A stretch of DNA of 46,871 nucleotides from Herbaspirillum sp. (GCA_019233085.1 JAFAMT010000416.1:1-46871), one strand, 5' to 3'; shown: positions 19,923 through 28,436, numbered from the stretch's first letter. The notes: generated by a model from the sequence alone, not told the origin. Program-made: numbers and translations.

Positions 19923-19961
19923 AAACTGCGTTTTTCGTCTTAGCTTGTGCGTCGCGCGCAT
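19923..19961. promoter_or_regulatory. Possible third copy of the shared sulfur-regulon-like box
   Basis: AAACTGCGTTTTTCGTCTTAGCTTGTGCGTCGCGCGCAT, 22/39 identical to 7463-7501, 74 bp upstream of the monooxygenase start. Confidence 0.3.
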
Positions 19962-20026
19962 AGCGTGTCCGCTTGATGCCGCGGACGTCTTAGGCAGGAG
20001 CGTGCTTGTCCGGCTCGACATTAAGC

Positions 20027-20064
20027 AAAATCGCCGCTCCAGATGACTCTGGAGCGGCGATTTT
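20027..20064. terminator. Intrinsic terminator downstream of ilvE, possibly bidirectional
   Basis: AAAATCGCCGCTCCAGA-TGAC-TCTGGAGCGGCGATTTT: perfect 17-bp arms with T-runs on both strands. Confidence 0.8.
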
Positions 20065-20155
20065 CTCTTAACTGAACTGCGTTACGCCCAGGTGGACGGC
20101 TTTGAATGGGCGGCCCGGCAATAGCGGCCGGCCCCCCCCAGGATGATACGGGCCC

Positions 20156-21244
20156 TTAGCCCAGGCGCTTGACCCAGCCGAACTTGTCTTCGGCGCGGCC
20201 TTGCTGGATGTCCAGCAGGGCATTCTTGAGCAGCAGGGTGGTCTTGCCCGCCTGGCCTGCTCCGATGGTGAACTCGGAATTGGCGCGCTTGATGTGACGG
20301 ATCGGGGTGATCACGGCAGCGGTGCCGCAGGCGAACACTTCGGTGAGCTTGCCGCTGCGGGCGTCCGCTTCCCATTGCTCGATCGAATAAGGCTCTTCGC
20401 GGGCTTCGATGCCCAGGCTCCGGGCCAGGGTCAGCAGCGAGTCACGGGTCACGCCGGGCAGGATGGTGCCGCCCAGCGGCGGGGTCTGGATAGTGCCATC
20501 CTTGAAGACGAAGAAGATGTTCATGCCACCCAGTTCTTCCACCCAGGTCTTGTCGCGGCTGTCCAGGAACACCACCTGGTCGCAGCCCTGGCGCTGGGCT
20601 TCAGCTTGCGCGGCCAGGCTGGCGGCGTAGTTGCCGCCGCACTTGGCTTCACCGGTGCCGCCGATGCCGGCGCGCGAGTAATTCTCGGACACCCACAGCG
20701 AGATGCCGGAGTTGCCATCCTTGAAGTAGTCACCCACCGGGCAGGCCAGCACGTAGTAGGCATATTCCGAACCCGGCTTCACGCCCAGCGCGGCCTGGCT
20801 GGCAAACATCACCGGACGCAGGTAGAGCGAGGAACCACGTGCCTTGGGGATCCAGTCCTTGTCGGTCTTGGCCAGCTTCTCGACCGATTCCAGGAACAAT
20901 TCCACCGGCAGCGGGGCCATCGCCAGGCGCCCGGCCGACTTGACGAAGCGGCGGGCATTGGCGTCCGGACGGAACAGCGAGAAGCCGCCATCTTCCAGGC
21001 TGTAGACCTTCAGGCCTTCGAAGATCTCCTGCGCATAGTGGAACACCAGGGCGCTGGGGGCGATGCTCAGCGGCGCGTAGGGGACGATCTTGCCATCATG
21101 CCAACCGTCGGCGGTGGTGTAGCGGGCCGATGCCATGTTGGCCGAGAAGACGCTGCCGAAGCCGGGATTCTGCATGGCCGCTTCGCGCACATCGGTGGCG
21201 ACTTGGATGGAATGTTGCGTCGAGAAGAAGTTCTGGGTAGTCAT
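20156..21244 (-). CDS. ilvE: Branched-chain amino acid aminotransferase
   Basis: HYAQEIFEGLK, LYLRP, AKCGGNYAAS (PLP Lys), EELGGMNIF, ILPGVTRDS, EVFACGTAAVITP. Confidence 0.95.
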   Translation of the reverse strand: MTTQNFFSTQHSIQVATDVREAAMQNPGFGSVFSANMASARYTTADGWHDGKIVPYAPLSIAPSALVFHYAQEIFEGLKVYSLEDGGFSLFRPDANARRFVKSAGRLAMAPLPVELFLESVEKLAKTDKDWIPKARGSSLYLRPVMFASQAALGVKPGSEYAYYVLACPVGDYFKDGNSGISLWVSENYSRAGIGGTGEAKCGGNYAASLAAQAEAQRQGCDQVVFLDSRDKTWVEELGGMNIFFVFKDGTIQTPPLGGTILPGVTRDSLLTLARSLGIEAREEPYSIEQWEADARSGKLTEVFACGTAAVITPIRHIKRANSEFTIGAGQAGKTTLLLKNALLDIQQGRAEDKFGWVKRLG

Positions 21245-21609
21245 TGCAAGCTGTGTCTGGTTAAGTAAGGCATCGGTGCGCCACGGCGCCGATAGACTGT
21301 CAAGGATATCACTTTGGGAGGATAGGATGAGATCAACGCTTCAGTGGGCGCCCAACTTGCCCAACTTGCCCGTATGCAAGCCTGAAACAGGCCGTCTCAG
21401 GCAGCCCGAACAATCTTCCAGGACGGCAGGCCATGGCGCTGCGCGCCTTATGCGCCCTATGCATAAGACGTGCGGCGATGAGTTGCGCATCGAAATCGGC
21501 GGCTCTGTATCTGCCCCCGGCGATCGCACAAGACTATGGTGTCAACAGGCTGGCCTCATCCACGTGACGGCCAGCCGCCTTGTCAACCATCTACCTACCC
21601 ATCGCCATC

Positions 21610-22173
21610 ATGATCATTGCCCACTACGAACATCGCCTCCCCGCCGACTATGACCTTGAACGCATCCGCTCCAGGGCTGCCCAGCGCGGCCAGCTCTGGG
21701 ACGACACCCGCGATCTCTACTTCAAGGCCTTTCTCCTTCGTGTGTCAGGACGCCACGGCGCCAGCGGACACAGTTATTCCTCGCTCTACCTGTGGCGGCA
21801 CGCACAGGCGCTGACCCAGTTCGTGGGCAGCCGTTTCCGTTCGGTGACCGACAGCTTCGGTAGGCCCGAGATCCAGACCCGGCTGGCGCTGGACGCCCGC
21901 CGTGGCAACGGCAATGTGGCGCGCTTCGCCTATCGCCAGGATATTGACATCGCCCGTGACGCCGACCTGGCCGCCGTCCTGGCGGAGGAAACCGCACGCA
22001 ACCAGGCCCAGGTGACGCTGCCGGCCATCGTCGCCGGGGCGGTCGGCGTGGATGTCCAGCAATGGCGCGTAAGCCGTATCCTGCTCTCGGAGTCCGAGCT
22101 GGATCATGACGCCGGTGTGGCTTACCAGGTGCTGTACCTGGCCAGGCCCGAGCTGGAGCAGTTGCCGCGCTGA
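21610..22173 (+). CDS. DUF4865-like protein
   Basis: MIIAHYEHRLPADYDL..IR.R, LYFKAFL, YSSLYLW, DSFGRPEI, YQVLYLA. Start set at 21610. Confidence 0.7.
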   Translation: MIIAHYEHRLPADYDLERIRSRAAQRGQLWDDTRDLYFKAFLLRVSGRHGASGHSYSSLYLWRHAQALTQFVGSRFRSVTDSFGRPEIQTRLALDARRGNGNVARFAYRQDIDIARDADLAAVLAEETARNQAQVTLPAIVAGAVGVDVQQWRVSRILLSESELDHDAGVAYQVLYLARPELEQLPR

Positions 22174-22196
22174 CGGCCACCAGCCATCCACACGCT

Positions 22197-22781
22197 TCAT
22201 CGGATCTTGATTTCGACAAAGCGGTTGCGCGGCTCGGCCACGCCGCGCTTCTGCGCCACACGTGGATCGCGTGCGCCCTTGCCGATGACTTCGATGCTCA
22301 AGGCCTTGACGTCCGCACGCTGCAGTTCGCGCTCGATCAAGCGGGCGCGGCGAAGCGACAGTGCATCGTTGGTGGCATCACTGCCGATATTGTCCGCGTG
22401 TCCGATCAGGACGAATTCGCCCGCGGGAAAGTCCCTGATCTCGGCAATCGCCTTCTTCAGAAATTCCTGCGAGGCGGGGGTCAGGCGATCCGTCCCCAAC
22501 TCGAACAACAGGTCGTAACTGCGCGGACGCGCGGGCAGGCTTCCGAGGACGTCGGCATAACGTTTTTCGACCTCGGGCTTGGTCAGGATCTGGGGCTTGT
22601 CGATCTTGCCCCGGGACGTTTCCACCGAGGCATAGGGTGTGTCCAGAGCGGTTTGGCCCGTGGCGGTCTTGACCACGATGCTGCTGGCCGAACCATCGGC
22701 TTGCGGCAACAACAGGAACCGTTCGCTGGGACCGGCGCAGCCGGCCAGGGCCACGACCAGGGAGATCACGTACTTATTCAT
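22197..22781 (-). CDS. OmpA-like peptidoglycan-binding lipoprotein
   Basis: Lipobox LAGC, GHADNIGS..TNDALSLRRA, NRFVEI. Start overlaps the FecR stop region. Confidence 0.88.
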   Translation of the reverse strand: MNKYVISLVVALAGCAGPSERFLLLPQADGSASSIVVKTATGQTALDTPYASVETSRGKIDKPQILTKPEVEKRYADVLGSLPARPRSYDLLFELGTDRLTPASQEFLKKAIAEIRDFPAGEFVLIGHADNIGSDATNDALSLRRARLIERELQRADVKALSIEVIGKGARDPRVAQKRGVAEPRNRFVEIKIR

Positions 22782-23265
22782 CGACCACCTCGACGATGAA
22801 GTCAGTACCCCGGATGCCGATGGTCGCCGTGGGCGTGGAGAATTGCTGGCGCTCCGGCGCATGCTTGCCGATCAGGCCGGAGACGTAGCGCAGCGTGCCT
22901 CTGGCAAGGCGCACGGCGATGCTGCCTTCATCCGTTTTGGCGTTGAAGGCGAACTGTTCGAGCACGAACTGGCTGTTCGGGCCCAGCGAGATCAGGGTGT
23001 CGTCGCGCAATGTGAAGCCGACCGAACTGGCGGCGGCGGTGACGATGCGGTCCCCCTCATAGAGGCGTTCGCCAATGGCCAGGGGAATCATCTTGCCATC
23101 ACGTTGAGTCTGCACATTGCCGTGCAACACCTTGACGATGGCGGCCTGCCTGTCCCTGCTTTCCTGTGCACACACGTGGTACTGCATCAACAGCAGACCC
23201 AGGGCGAGCGCCATGCGCCCCCATCCGAATCGGGCGGCCCGGTTGTCTGCTCTTGTCGTCCCCAT
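22774..23265 (-). CDS. Secreted stand-alone FecR-domain protein
   Basis: Signal peptide, LYEGDRIVT, LRDDTLISLGPNS, LARGTLRYVSG, TPTATIGIRGT.F. Start uncertain (23265 chosen). Confidence 0.85.
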   Translation of the reverse strand: MGTTRADNRAARFGWGRMALALGLLLMQYHVCAQESRDRQAAIVKVLHGNVQTQRDGKMIPLAIGERLYEGDRIVTAAASSVGFTLRDDTLISLGPNSQFVLEQFAFNAKTDEGSIAVRLARGTLRYVSGLIGKHAPERQQFSTPTATIGIRGTDFIVEVVDE

Positions 23266-23493
23266 GCGCCATTCCTTTGATGCCGCGCCAATACGCTGGC
23301 CAGCTGACATTGCCATATTGATAATTGAATGGATCAATCTTCATCGAGAGAAGATTCCACACGGCAATTTCGCAGAACAGGGCGAGGTTCGTCAAGTACA
23401 CCCGCATGATGGCGCCAACCGCGGCGCAGATGACCCCTGGATTGGCGTGGCAACGGAAAGGATGCTCTCCTGAGGCGGACAGCACCAATGACA

Positions 23494-23523
23494 ACGGCCC
23501 GGTCGCGCAAGCGACCGGGCCGT
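23494..23523 (-). terminator. Hairpin downstream of the PEP-CTERM gene
   Basis: ACGGCCCGGTCGC-GCAA-GCGACCGGGCCGT, perfect 13-bp stem with only a weak U-tract. Confidence 0.6.
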
Positions 23524-23551
23524 CAGGCAAGGCTGGAACGACTGTCGGGAA

Positions 23552-24391
23552 TCAGGACTTGCGGCGACGCAGACCTGCCAGGCCCAGCAGGCCAGCACCG
23601 AAGATGGCCAGCGAAGCCGGTTCCGGGATGTTGTTGAAGTCGGTGATACCGGATTCGTTGTTGATCGCCAGCGCAGTGAACTTGCCAGCGCAACCGTTGG
23701 CGGTACCGCCGGTGCTCGGATCAGTGTTGCCGTTGCAAGTCAGGCCTTGCGAGGTGTTGTTGAAGGCGCTGAAGGCGAACTGGTAGAACGGATTGGGCGA
23801 GGTGAAGAACAGCTGGCCAGCGGCAGTCAGCGCGAAGTTGGTGTTGATGTTCTGGAACGCGCCACCCAGCGCATCGATACCGGCAGCACCCGCAATCACC
23901 TGGTTGACCGTACCCAGCAGCACCTGGCTGCCCACCGTGGTCACCGAAGCGTCGCTGCTGACGGTGGCCTTGTTGTAATGGTTGTCATTACCCGGGTCAG
24001 CCCACAGGTTCAGCGTGATCGAGGAGACCGTGCAGCTCACCCCCGGTGCCAGGAAGGAACCGCAAGTGAAGTTCTGGGTGAAGGTGGCGTAGATGCCGTA
24101 GTCGAAGTTGGCACGGGTGATGACTGTACTGATACCCGTATCGTTCAGGCTGAAGGCGGTGAAGTCAATATAACCGACACCGGTGTAGGTGAAGGTGCTG
24201 CCGTTGCCGGTGTAGCTGATGCGGGCCGACGACACACCATTCAACGCGTCCGCGGTGAAGGGAGTGCCTTGCGTCGCCAGGCCGTTGCTGTTCGGATTGA
24301 CGGTGAAGGTCGGGAGGGCGTGAGCCGCAGCGGCTGCCACAGTCATGACAGCGCCGACGGTGAGGGAGCGCAGAGTCTTAGAACTGATCAT
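23552..24391 (-). CDS. PEP-CTERM (exosortase-sorted) surface protein, resembling flocculation-associated PepA
   Basis: Signal peptide ending AHA, Thr/Asn/Gly-rich body, C-terminal IPEPASLAIFGAGLLGLAGLRRRKS. GGAG RBS before ATG at 24391. Confidence 0.92.
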   Translation of the reverse strand: MISSKTLRSLTVGAVMTVAAAAAHALPTFTVNPNSNGLATQGTPFTADALNGVSSARISYTGNGSTFTYTGVGYIDFTAFSLNDTGISTVITRANFDYGIYATFTQNFTCGSFLAPGVSCTVSSITLNLWADPGNDNHYNKATVSSDASVTTVGSQVLLGTVNQVIAGAAGIDALGGAFQNINTNFALTAAGQLFFTSPNPFYQFAFSAFNNTSQGLTCNGNTDPSTGGTANGCAGKFTALAINNESGITDFNNIPEPASLAIFGAGLLGLAGLRRRKS

Positions 24392-24582
24392 ATTAATCTC
24401 CAGATGAGGACGCAAATACGTGAGACTCGAGAATCGGATTTGAAAAACAACCCAATCAAGGCATTTAGCGCTGCGACAGCCCTTGCCAAAATTTACTTTA
24501 TCCCGCGATAAAGTGCCGATTAAACATTAAACTCTTCTTACCGTTTGAGTAGCAGCATGTTTAACGACGACGCATCGTAATA

Positions 24583-24599
24583 AGCAATCAACATGCCAA
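24583..24599 (-). promoter_or_regulatory. Sigma54 -24/-12 promoter of the PEP-CTERM gene
   Basis: Minus strand TTGGCATGTTGATTGCT matches TGGCAC-N5-TTGC with canonical spacing. Confidence 0.8.
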
Positions 24600-24617
24600 T
24601 GATTTTTTCCGATTTAA

Positions 24618-24630
24618 AATCAATTACTTA
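24618..24630 (+). promoter_or_regulatory. IHF binding site
   Basis: AATCAATTACTTA is an exact WATCAANNNNTTR match with an upstream A/T tract, lying between the sigma54 site and the enhancer. Confidence 0.75.
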
Positions 24631-24670
24631 CTGAAATTTTCACGATGGAATCTTGGGTTTTTGGCTAGAA

Positions 24671-24688
24671 GTGTAAGGAAAGTCGACA
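24671..24688. promoter_or_regulatory. Putative enhancer (PEP-box/PrsR-type activator site)
   Basis: GTGTAAGGAAAGTCGACA has the TGT-N11-ACA dyad form and lies about 75-90 bp upstream of the -24 element. Confidence 0.65.
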
Positions 24689-24728
24689 AGATGAAATTGC
24701 ACCTATTCATTCATTGGGAATCAATACC

Positions 24729-25604
24729 ATGCCAAATGCACAATTGTTAGGAACAGTAGTGCGTGAGATTTTCTCGCGCGAGAAGAGCCCACGGCTCACC
24801 GAACCCGACCTTGTGATGGACGATCCCGACAATGTTGCCGCCTATGTCGAGGCCGGACGCGAGCATGCCGTGATGGCACCGGTCTATCTGTTCCACTGCG
24901 CCAACATCTGCGAAGTGATCCGACCGGGCGATACGGTGGTCGACCTGGCCTGCGGACCGGCCAATCAGTTGGCCATGGTGGCGCGGCTGAACCCCGATAT
25001 CCGCTTTATCGGGGTCGACCTGTCCGAACCGATGCTGGAGAACGCGCGCGCACTGGTGGCCAGCATGCGCCTGGAGAACGTCGAATTCCGTCATGGCGAC
25101 ATCACCGACCTCGGTTCATTTGCAAACGCTTCGGTGGATGCCGTGATGTCGACCATGGCCCTGCATCACCTGCCCACGGTCAGCATGCTGCGCCAGACCT
25201 ATGCCGAGGTAGCACGTATCCTCAAGCCGGACGGGGGCGTGTACATGGTCGATTTCGGCCACCTCAAGGCGGAGCGCTCGATCAACTATTTCGCCTACCA
25301 GTACGCGGACCGGCAACCGGCGCTCTTCACCGAGGATTACTACAACTCGCTGCGCGCGGCCTTCTACCCGGAAGACTTCCGCGAGGCCGTCAAGCCGCTG
25401 GCAGGGCGGGCCCGCCTGTATTCGACCGGCCTGCTCAAGTTCATGATGGCACTCAAGAGTGCACCGCGACGCGGTGAGGCGCCGGAATTGAAGGCGCAAT
25501 TGGCCACGCTCAAGCGCAACCTGCCGGAGTGGCACAAGGCCGACATCACCGACCTGATCCGCCACTTCCGCATGGGTGGCATGAGCTGCTCCCTGCTGGA
25601 TTAA
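24729..25604 (+). CDS. Class I SAM-dependent methyltransferase
   Basis: VVDLACGPA, GVDLSEPML, GDITDL, VDAVMSTMALHHL, RILKPDG. Start set at MPNAQL (24729). Confidence 0.9.
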   Translation: MPNAQLLGTVVREIFSREKSPRLTEPDLVMDDPDNVAAYVEAGREHAVMAPVYLFHCANICEVIRPGDTVVDLACGPANQLAMVARLNPDIRFIGVDLSEPMLENARALVASMRLENVEFRHGDITDLGSFANASVDAVMSTMALHHLPTVSMLRQTYAEVARILKPDGGVYMVDFGHLKAERSINYFAYQYADRQPALFTEDYYNSLRAAFYPEDFREAVKPLAGRARLYSTGLLKFMMALKSAPRRGEAPELKAQLATLKRNLPEWHKADITDLIRHFRMGGMSCSLLD

Positions 25605-25616
25605 GGGATTAAGGGA

Positions 25617-27623
25617 TCAAGGCGGGGTATCCGTCTGCGGCCGGTAAAGCAGCTGTTCCACCGGCAGTCGCACCGAGCGGGCTGTGGGGGTCGGGCCGGC
25701 ACCCAGCCGGCCCATGTAGACGGGGGATAGCTGGTCCTTGAAGATCAGGGCCGAGGCATCCTGTTCAAGCCGGCGCGCGCGCTCCTGCAGGGCCGGCAAG
25801 CGGGTGAAGGAACGGCCCTCGCGGACGTACCTGGAAAAGATCAGGGGTGTCAGTTCCGGCTGCATGACCAGGCCCAGCCGGGTCACGGTCAGCCAGAAGC
25901 GCTGCACGGCGCGACCGGCCTCCACATAGTCGTCGATGCCCTGCGGCGCACGCCGGGCCTTGAGCACGAAGTGGGCGGCGCAGGCCAGGCCCGGCACCAG
26001 ATCCATCTGCAGGCGCGGAGCCCAGGTCCCCATCAGCGCATTCATGGTCGACAAGCGGTCCCAGCTCACCATCGCCCATTTCATCAGCTTGAGGGTCATG
26101 TTGTCGACGCCCAGGGCCTGGTCCGGCACCTTGTCGGGACTGCGGCTGGCGTTCCAGTGGATGATGCGGCGATGCACCTCGTATGCCTCGGGCATGGTCA
26201 GGCGCAGCTTGGCATTGTTGAACATCAGCCACGCCGTCTTGAGCTTGGGGCCGAAACCCTCGATCCAGTCGATCGTGTAGTCTGGGCCCACGGCAGCCTC
26301 CAGGGCCTTCTTTTCGTCCTCGCGCAAGGGGCGGGTATGCATCGGACGTCGCTGCACGCTGCGCTTCTCGATGGCATCCAGCAGAGGGCTGGGCGCGAGA
26401 TCGGGATCGTGCGTGAAACGGAGATCGAACAGGGGCTTTTCGACCGGGCTGTCCGGGCGCCGCGTGCAGGCCGTGCGCAAGCCCTGGGCGCTGGCTGCGA
26501 TGGTGATGGTTTCCAGCAGGGCGCCCACGGAGATCTGGCTCGGATGACCATCGAGGTCGTAGACGGTGTCGGCGCGGGTGTCGTAGGCGTGGACCACCAG
26601 GTGGTCGGGCGCCACCACCTCGAAGCGCCAGCACTGGGTGTTGTCGCCACTGGGCGCCCAGCGCGCCAGATCGAGGATGCGGTAGATGGAGGGCGGGATG
26701 TCCACCTTGGCAGCCTCGCTACGCGCCGCAGCCGCTGCCGCTGCCGGTCCGGCGCCGGCCAGCGCGCTACGCATCTGCTTGCCGGCGATGGCAATCATCA
26801 GGCGGTGCAGGGGATGGCGGTTGCCGCCGGGACGCCAGGTGCGTACCAGCTTGTTGCGATAGGCGTCGAACTGGACACCATGCGGCGCGGCCAGGACCTT
26901 GCCGCGCCCGAGCAGGATCTTCAAGGCCTCGGTGCCCACCACTCCCGCGCACAACTGGCAGGCCATCATGGTCGACGGGCCGCGGCGCTCGGCAAAGTTT
27001 ACCGCCTCCGGCACCACCAGGTAGGGGCGGTGCAGGCCGGCGGGGGCCAGGCCCACGACGAAGCGGATCGCCTTGTCCAGCTCGGGCAGCTTGCCCCATT
27101 GAAAATATTCTTCGAAACTCATCCCGCCCGGCAAGAAGTTGAGCAGGGCCGCTCCCATGCCCAGCGGGGCTGCGGTGGTCGCCGGGATGCGGAGCTCGGC
27201 GCACATGGCGAAGGTCTGCTGACGCGCATCGAAGGCGAAGAAGTCCAGGGCATCCACATACAGGTCGACCCCCGCCAGGAATTCGCGCAGATTGCCCGCA
27301 TTGACGCCCTCGGGGAAGACCTTGATCTCGACCTCGGGATTGATGTCGCGCGCCATGCGCGCCAGCACTTCGGACTTGGGCTGGTCCACGGTCGACATCA
27401 TCGCGCCGACCTGGCGGTTGAAGTTGTGGATGTCGAAGGTATCGAAGTCGGCGATGTGGAATTTGGTAATGCCCAAGCGCGCCAGGGTCAGCAGGTGGAC
27501 TCCGCCTACGCCGCCACCGCCCGCGATGGCCACCCGTTTGCTGCGCAGGATTTGCTGCTCCTGCGGGGTCACCCAGCCGATATTGCGTGAGAACGCCTTT
27601 TCATAGCTAAAAGAGAGGCTCAT
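25617..27623 (-). CDS. oxzB: ThiF/E1-like adenylyltransferase-nitroreductase fusion (OxzB-type oxazolone synthetase)
   Basis: N-terminal ThiF domain (FSRNIG, VAIAGGGGVGG, DFDTFDIHNFNRQ, PKSEV), Ala-rich linker, then nitroreductase-like domain (ARWAPSGDNTQCWRF, IEKRSVQR, AGRAVQRFWL). Directly downstream of an N-acyl amino acid synthase gene. Confidence 0.8.
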   Translation of the reverse strand: MSLSFSYEKAFSRNIGWVTPQEQQILRSKRVAIAGGGGVGGVHLLTLARLGITKFHIADFDTFDIHNFNRQVGAMMSTVDQPKSEVLARMARDINPEVEIKVFPEGVNAGNLREFLAGVDLYVDALDFFAFDARQQTFAMCAELRIPATTAAPLGMGAALLNFLPGGMSFEEYFQWGKLPELDKAIRFVVGLAPAGLHRPYLVVPEAVNFAERRGPSTMMACQLCAGVVGTEALKILLGRGKVLAAPHGVQFDAYRNKLVRTWRPGGNRHPLHRLMIAIAGKQMRSALAGAGPAAAAAAARSEAAKVDIPPSIYRILDLARWAPSGDNTQCWRFEVVAPDHLVVHAYDTRADTVYDLDGHPSQISVGALLETITIAASAQGLRTACTRRPDSPVEKPLFDLRFTHDPDLAPSPLLDAIEKRSVQRRPMHTRPLREDEKKALEAAVGPDYTIDWIEGFGPKLKTAWLMFNNAKLRLTMPEAYEVHRRIIHWNASRSPDKVPDQALGVDNMTLKLMKWAMVSWDRLSTMNALMGTWAPRLQMDLVPGLACAAHFVLKARRAPQGIDDYVEAGRAVQRFWLTVTRLGLVMQPELTPLIFSRYVREGRSFTRLPALQERARRLEQDASALIFKDQLSPVYMGRLGAGPTPTARSVRLPVEQLLYRPQTDTPP

Positions 27624-27656
27624 CGATGCGGGAGGGGGTAAGAGAGGTTGAGGAAG

Positions 27657-28436
27657 TCAGGCAGCGTGCAGTTCGTCCATGCGCATGAGGCGATTGATGA
27701 TGCCGTACTCCTCGCGCGGAGAGAAGAAATAGGGGTAGAAGGAGCGTTCGGTGGTGCCGCCCTCGGCATCGAAGGTACCGCCGTATTTCTCGATCTGCTT
27801 GGTCACGTACTCGAAGTTCACGCGCAGCAGGTAGGCCGGCGCATTGACGCGCGGGTTGATCTTCAGTTCGCCTTCCTGCACGAAACCCAGCATGCGCTCA
27901 TAGAAACGACGATGGCGCGGATTGACCTCGATCACGATGTCGGTGCAATCGTAGATGTTGCGGGCATAGATCACAGCCAGGTGGAACAGATTGGCGAGCG
28001 CGTTTTTCGAGCGCACCGAGGGATCGAAGGCGAACTTGGTGAATTCGCAGAGGCGGGCACCGCGACGGCGGTGGACGTCCAGCTCCTCCTTGAAAATCTG
28101 ATCGGCCATCAGGCCGATCGACGAGTCTATGCCGATGGTGAGCGTACCCACTGTCTCACCCTTGTCCGTGGCAGTCAGGGTAATGCGATTGGGGTCATCA
28201 GTGAGCTGGTGGGTGCCGGGATAGCCGCGCCAGGCGTACATCTTGTTGATCAGCATGCTTGCCGAACTGCGCCCGGCCGCCGTGTCGGTCAGGCGTATTC
28301 CATACGAATCGCTATTCACGATTACGTCCTCTAATTGTGAGGGCGTCATATTCTCGCGCTCATCAAAATCCCGAGCGCCCGATGGGGATAAGTCCGCTCT
28401 ACCCTCAGGATTCTTAAACTCCGGGAACGCTGTCAT
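27657..28436 (-). CDS. oxzA: N-acyl amino acid synthase, FeeM/OxzA-like GNAT
   Basis: LINKMYAWRGY, VGTLTIGIDS..GLMAD, LCEFTKFAFD, IVIEVNPRHRRFYERMLGF, NPRVNAPAYLL. Start uncertain (28436 or 28349). Confidence 0.8.
   Translation of the reverse strand: MTAFPEFKNPEGRADLSPSGARDFDERENMTPSQLEDVIVNSDSYGIRLTDTAAGRSSASMLINKMYAWRGYPGTHQLTDDPNRITLTATDKGETVGTLTIGIDSSIGLMADQIFKEELDVHRRRGARLCEFTKFAFDPSVRSKNALANLFHLAVIYARNIYDCTDIVIEVNPRHRRFYERMLGFVQEGELKINPRVNAPAYLLRVNFEYVTKQIEKYGGTFDAEGGTTERSFYPYFFSPREEYGIINRLMRMDELHAA

Noticed and set aside
21349-21370. GCCCAACTT tandem repeat and possible ilvE leader peptide/attenuator
   Set aside because: Only about 2.4 units, and no Ile/Leu/Val-rich leader with a terminator could be identified.
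25617-27623. ThiF-nitroreductase as a RiPP (azole or microcin C) maturase
   Set aside because: No YcaO and no precursor peptide nearby. The adjacent N-acyl amino acid synthase fits the OxzAB model better.
25971-28334. 539-aa and 228-aa plus-strand ORFs
   Set aside because: Shadows of oxzB and oxzA.
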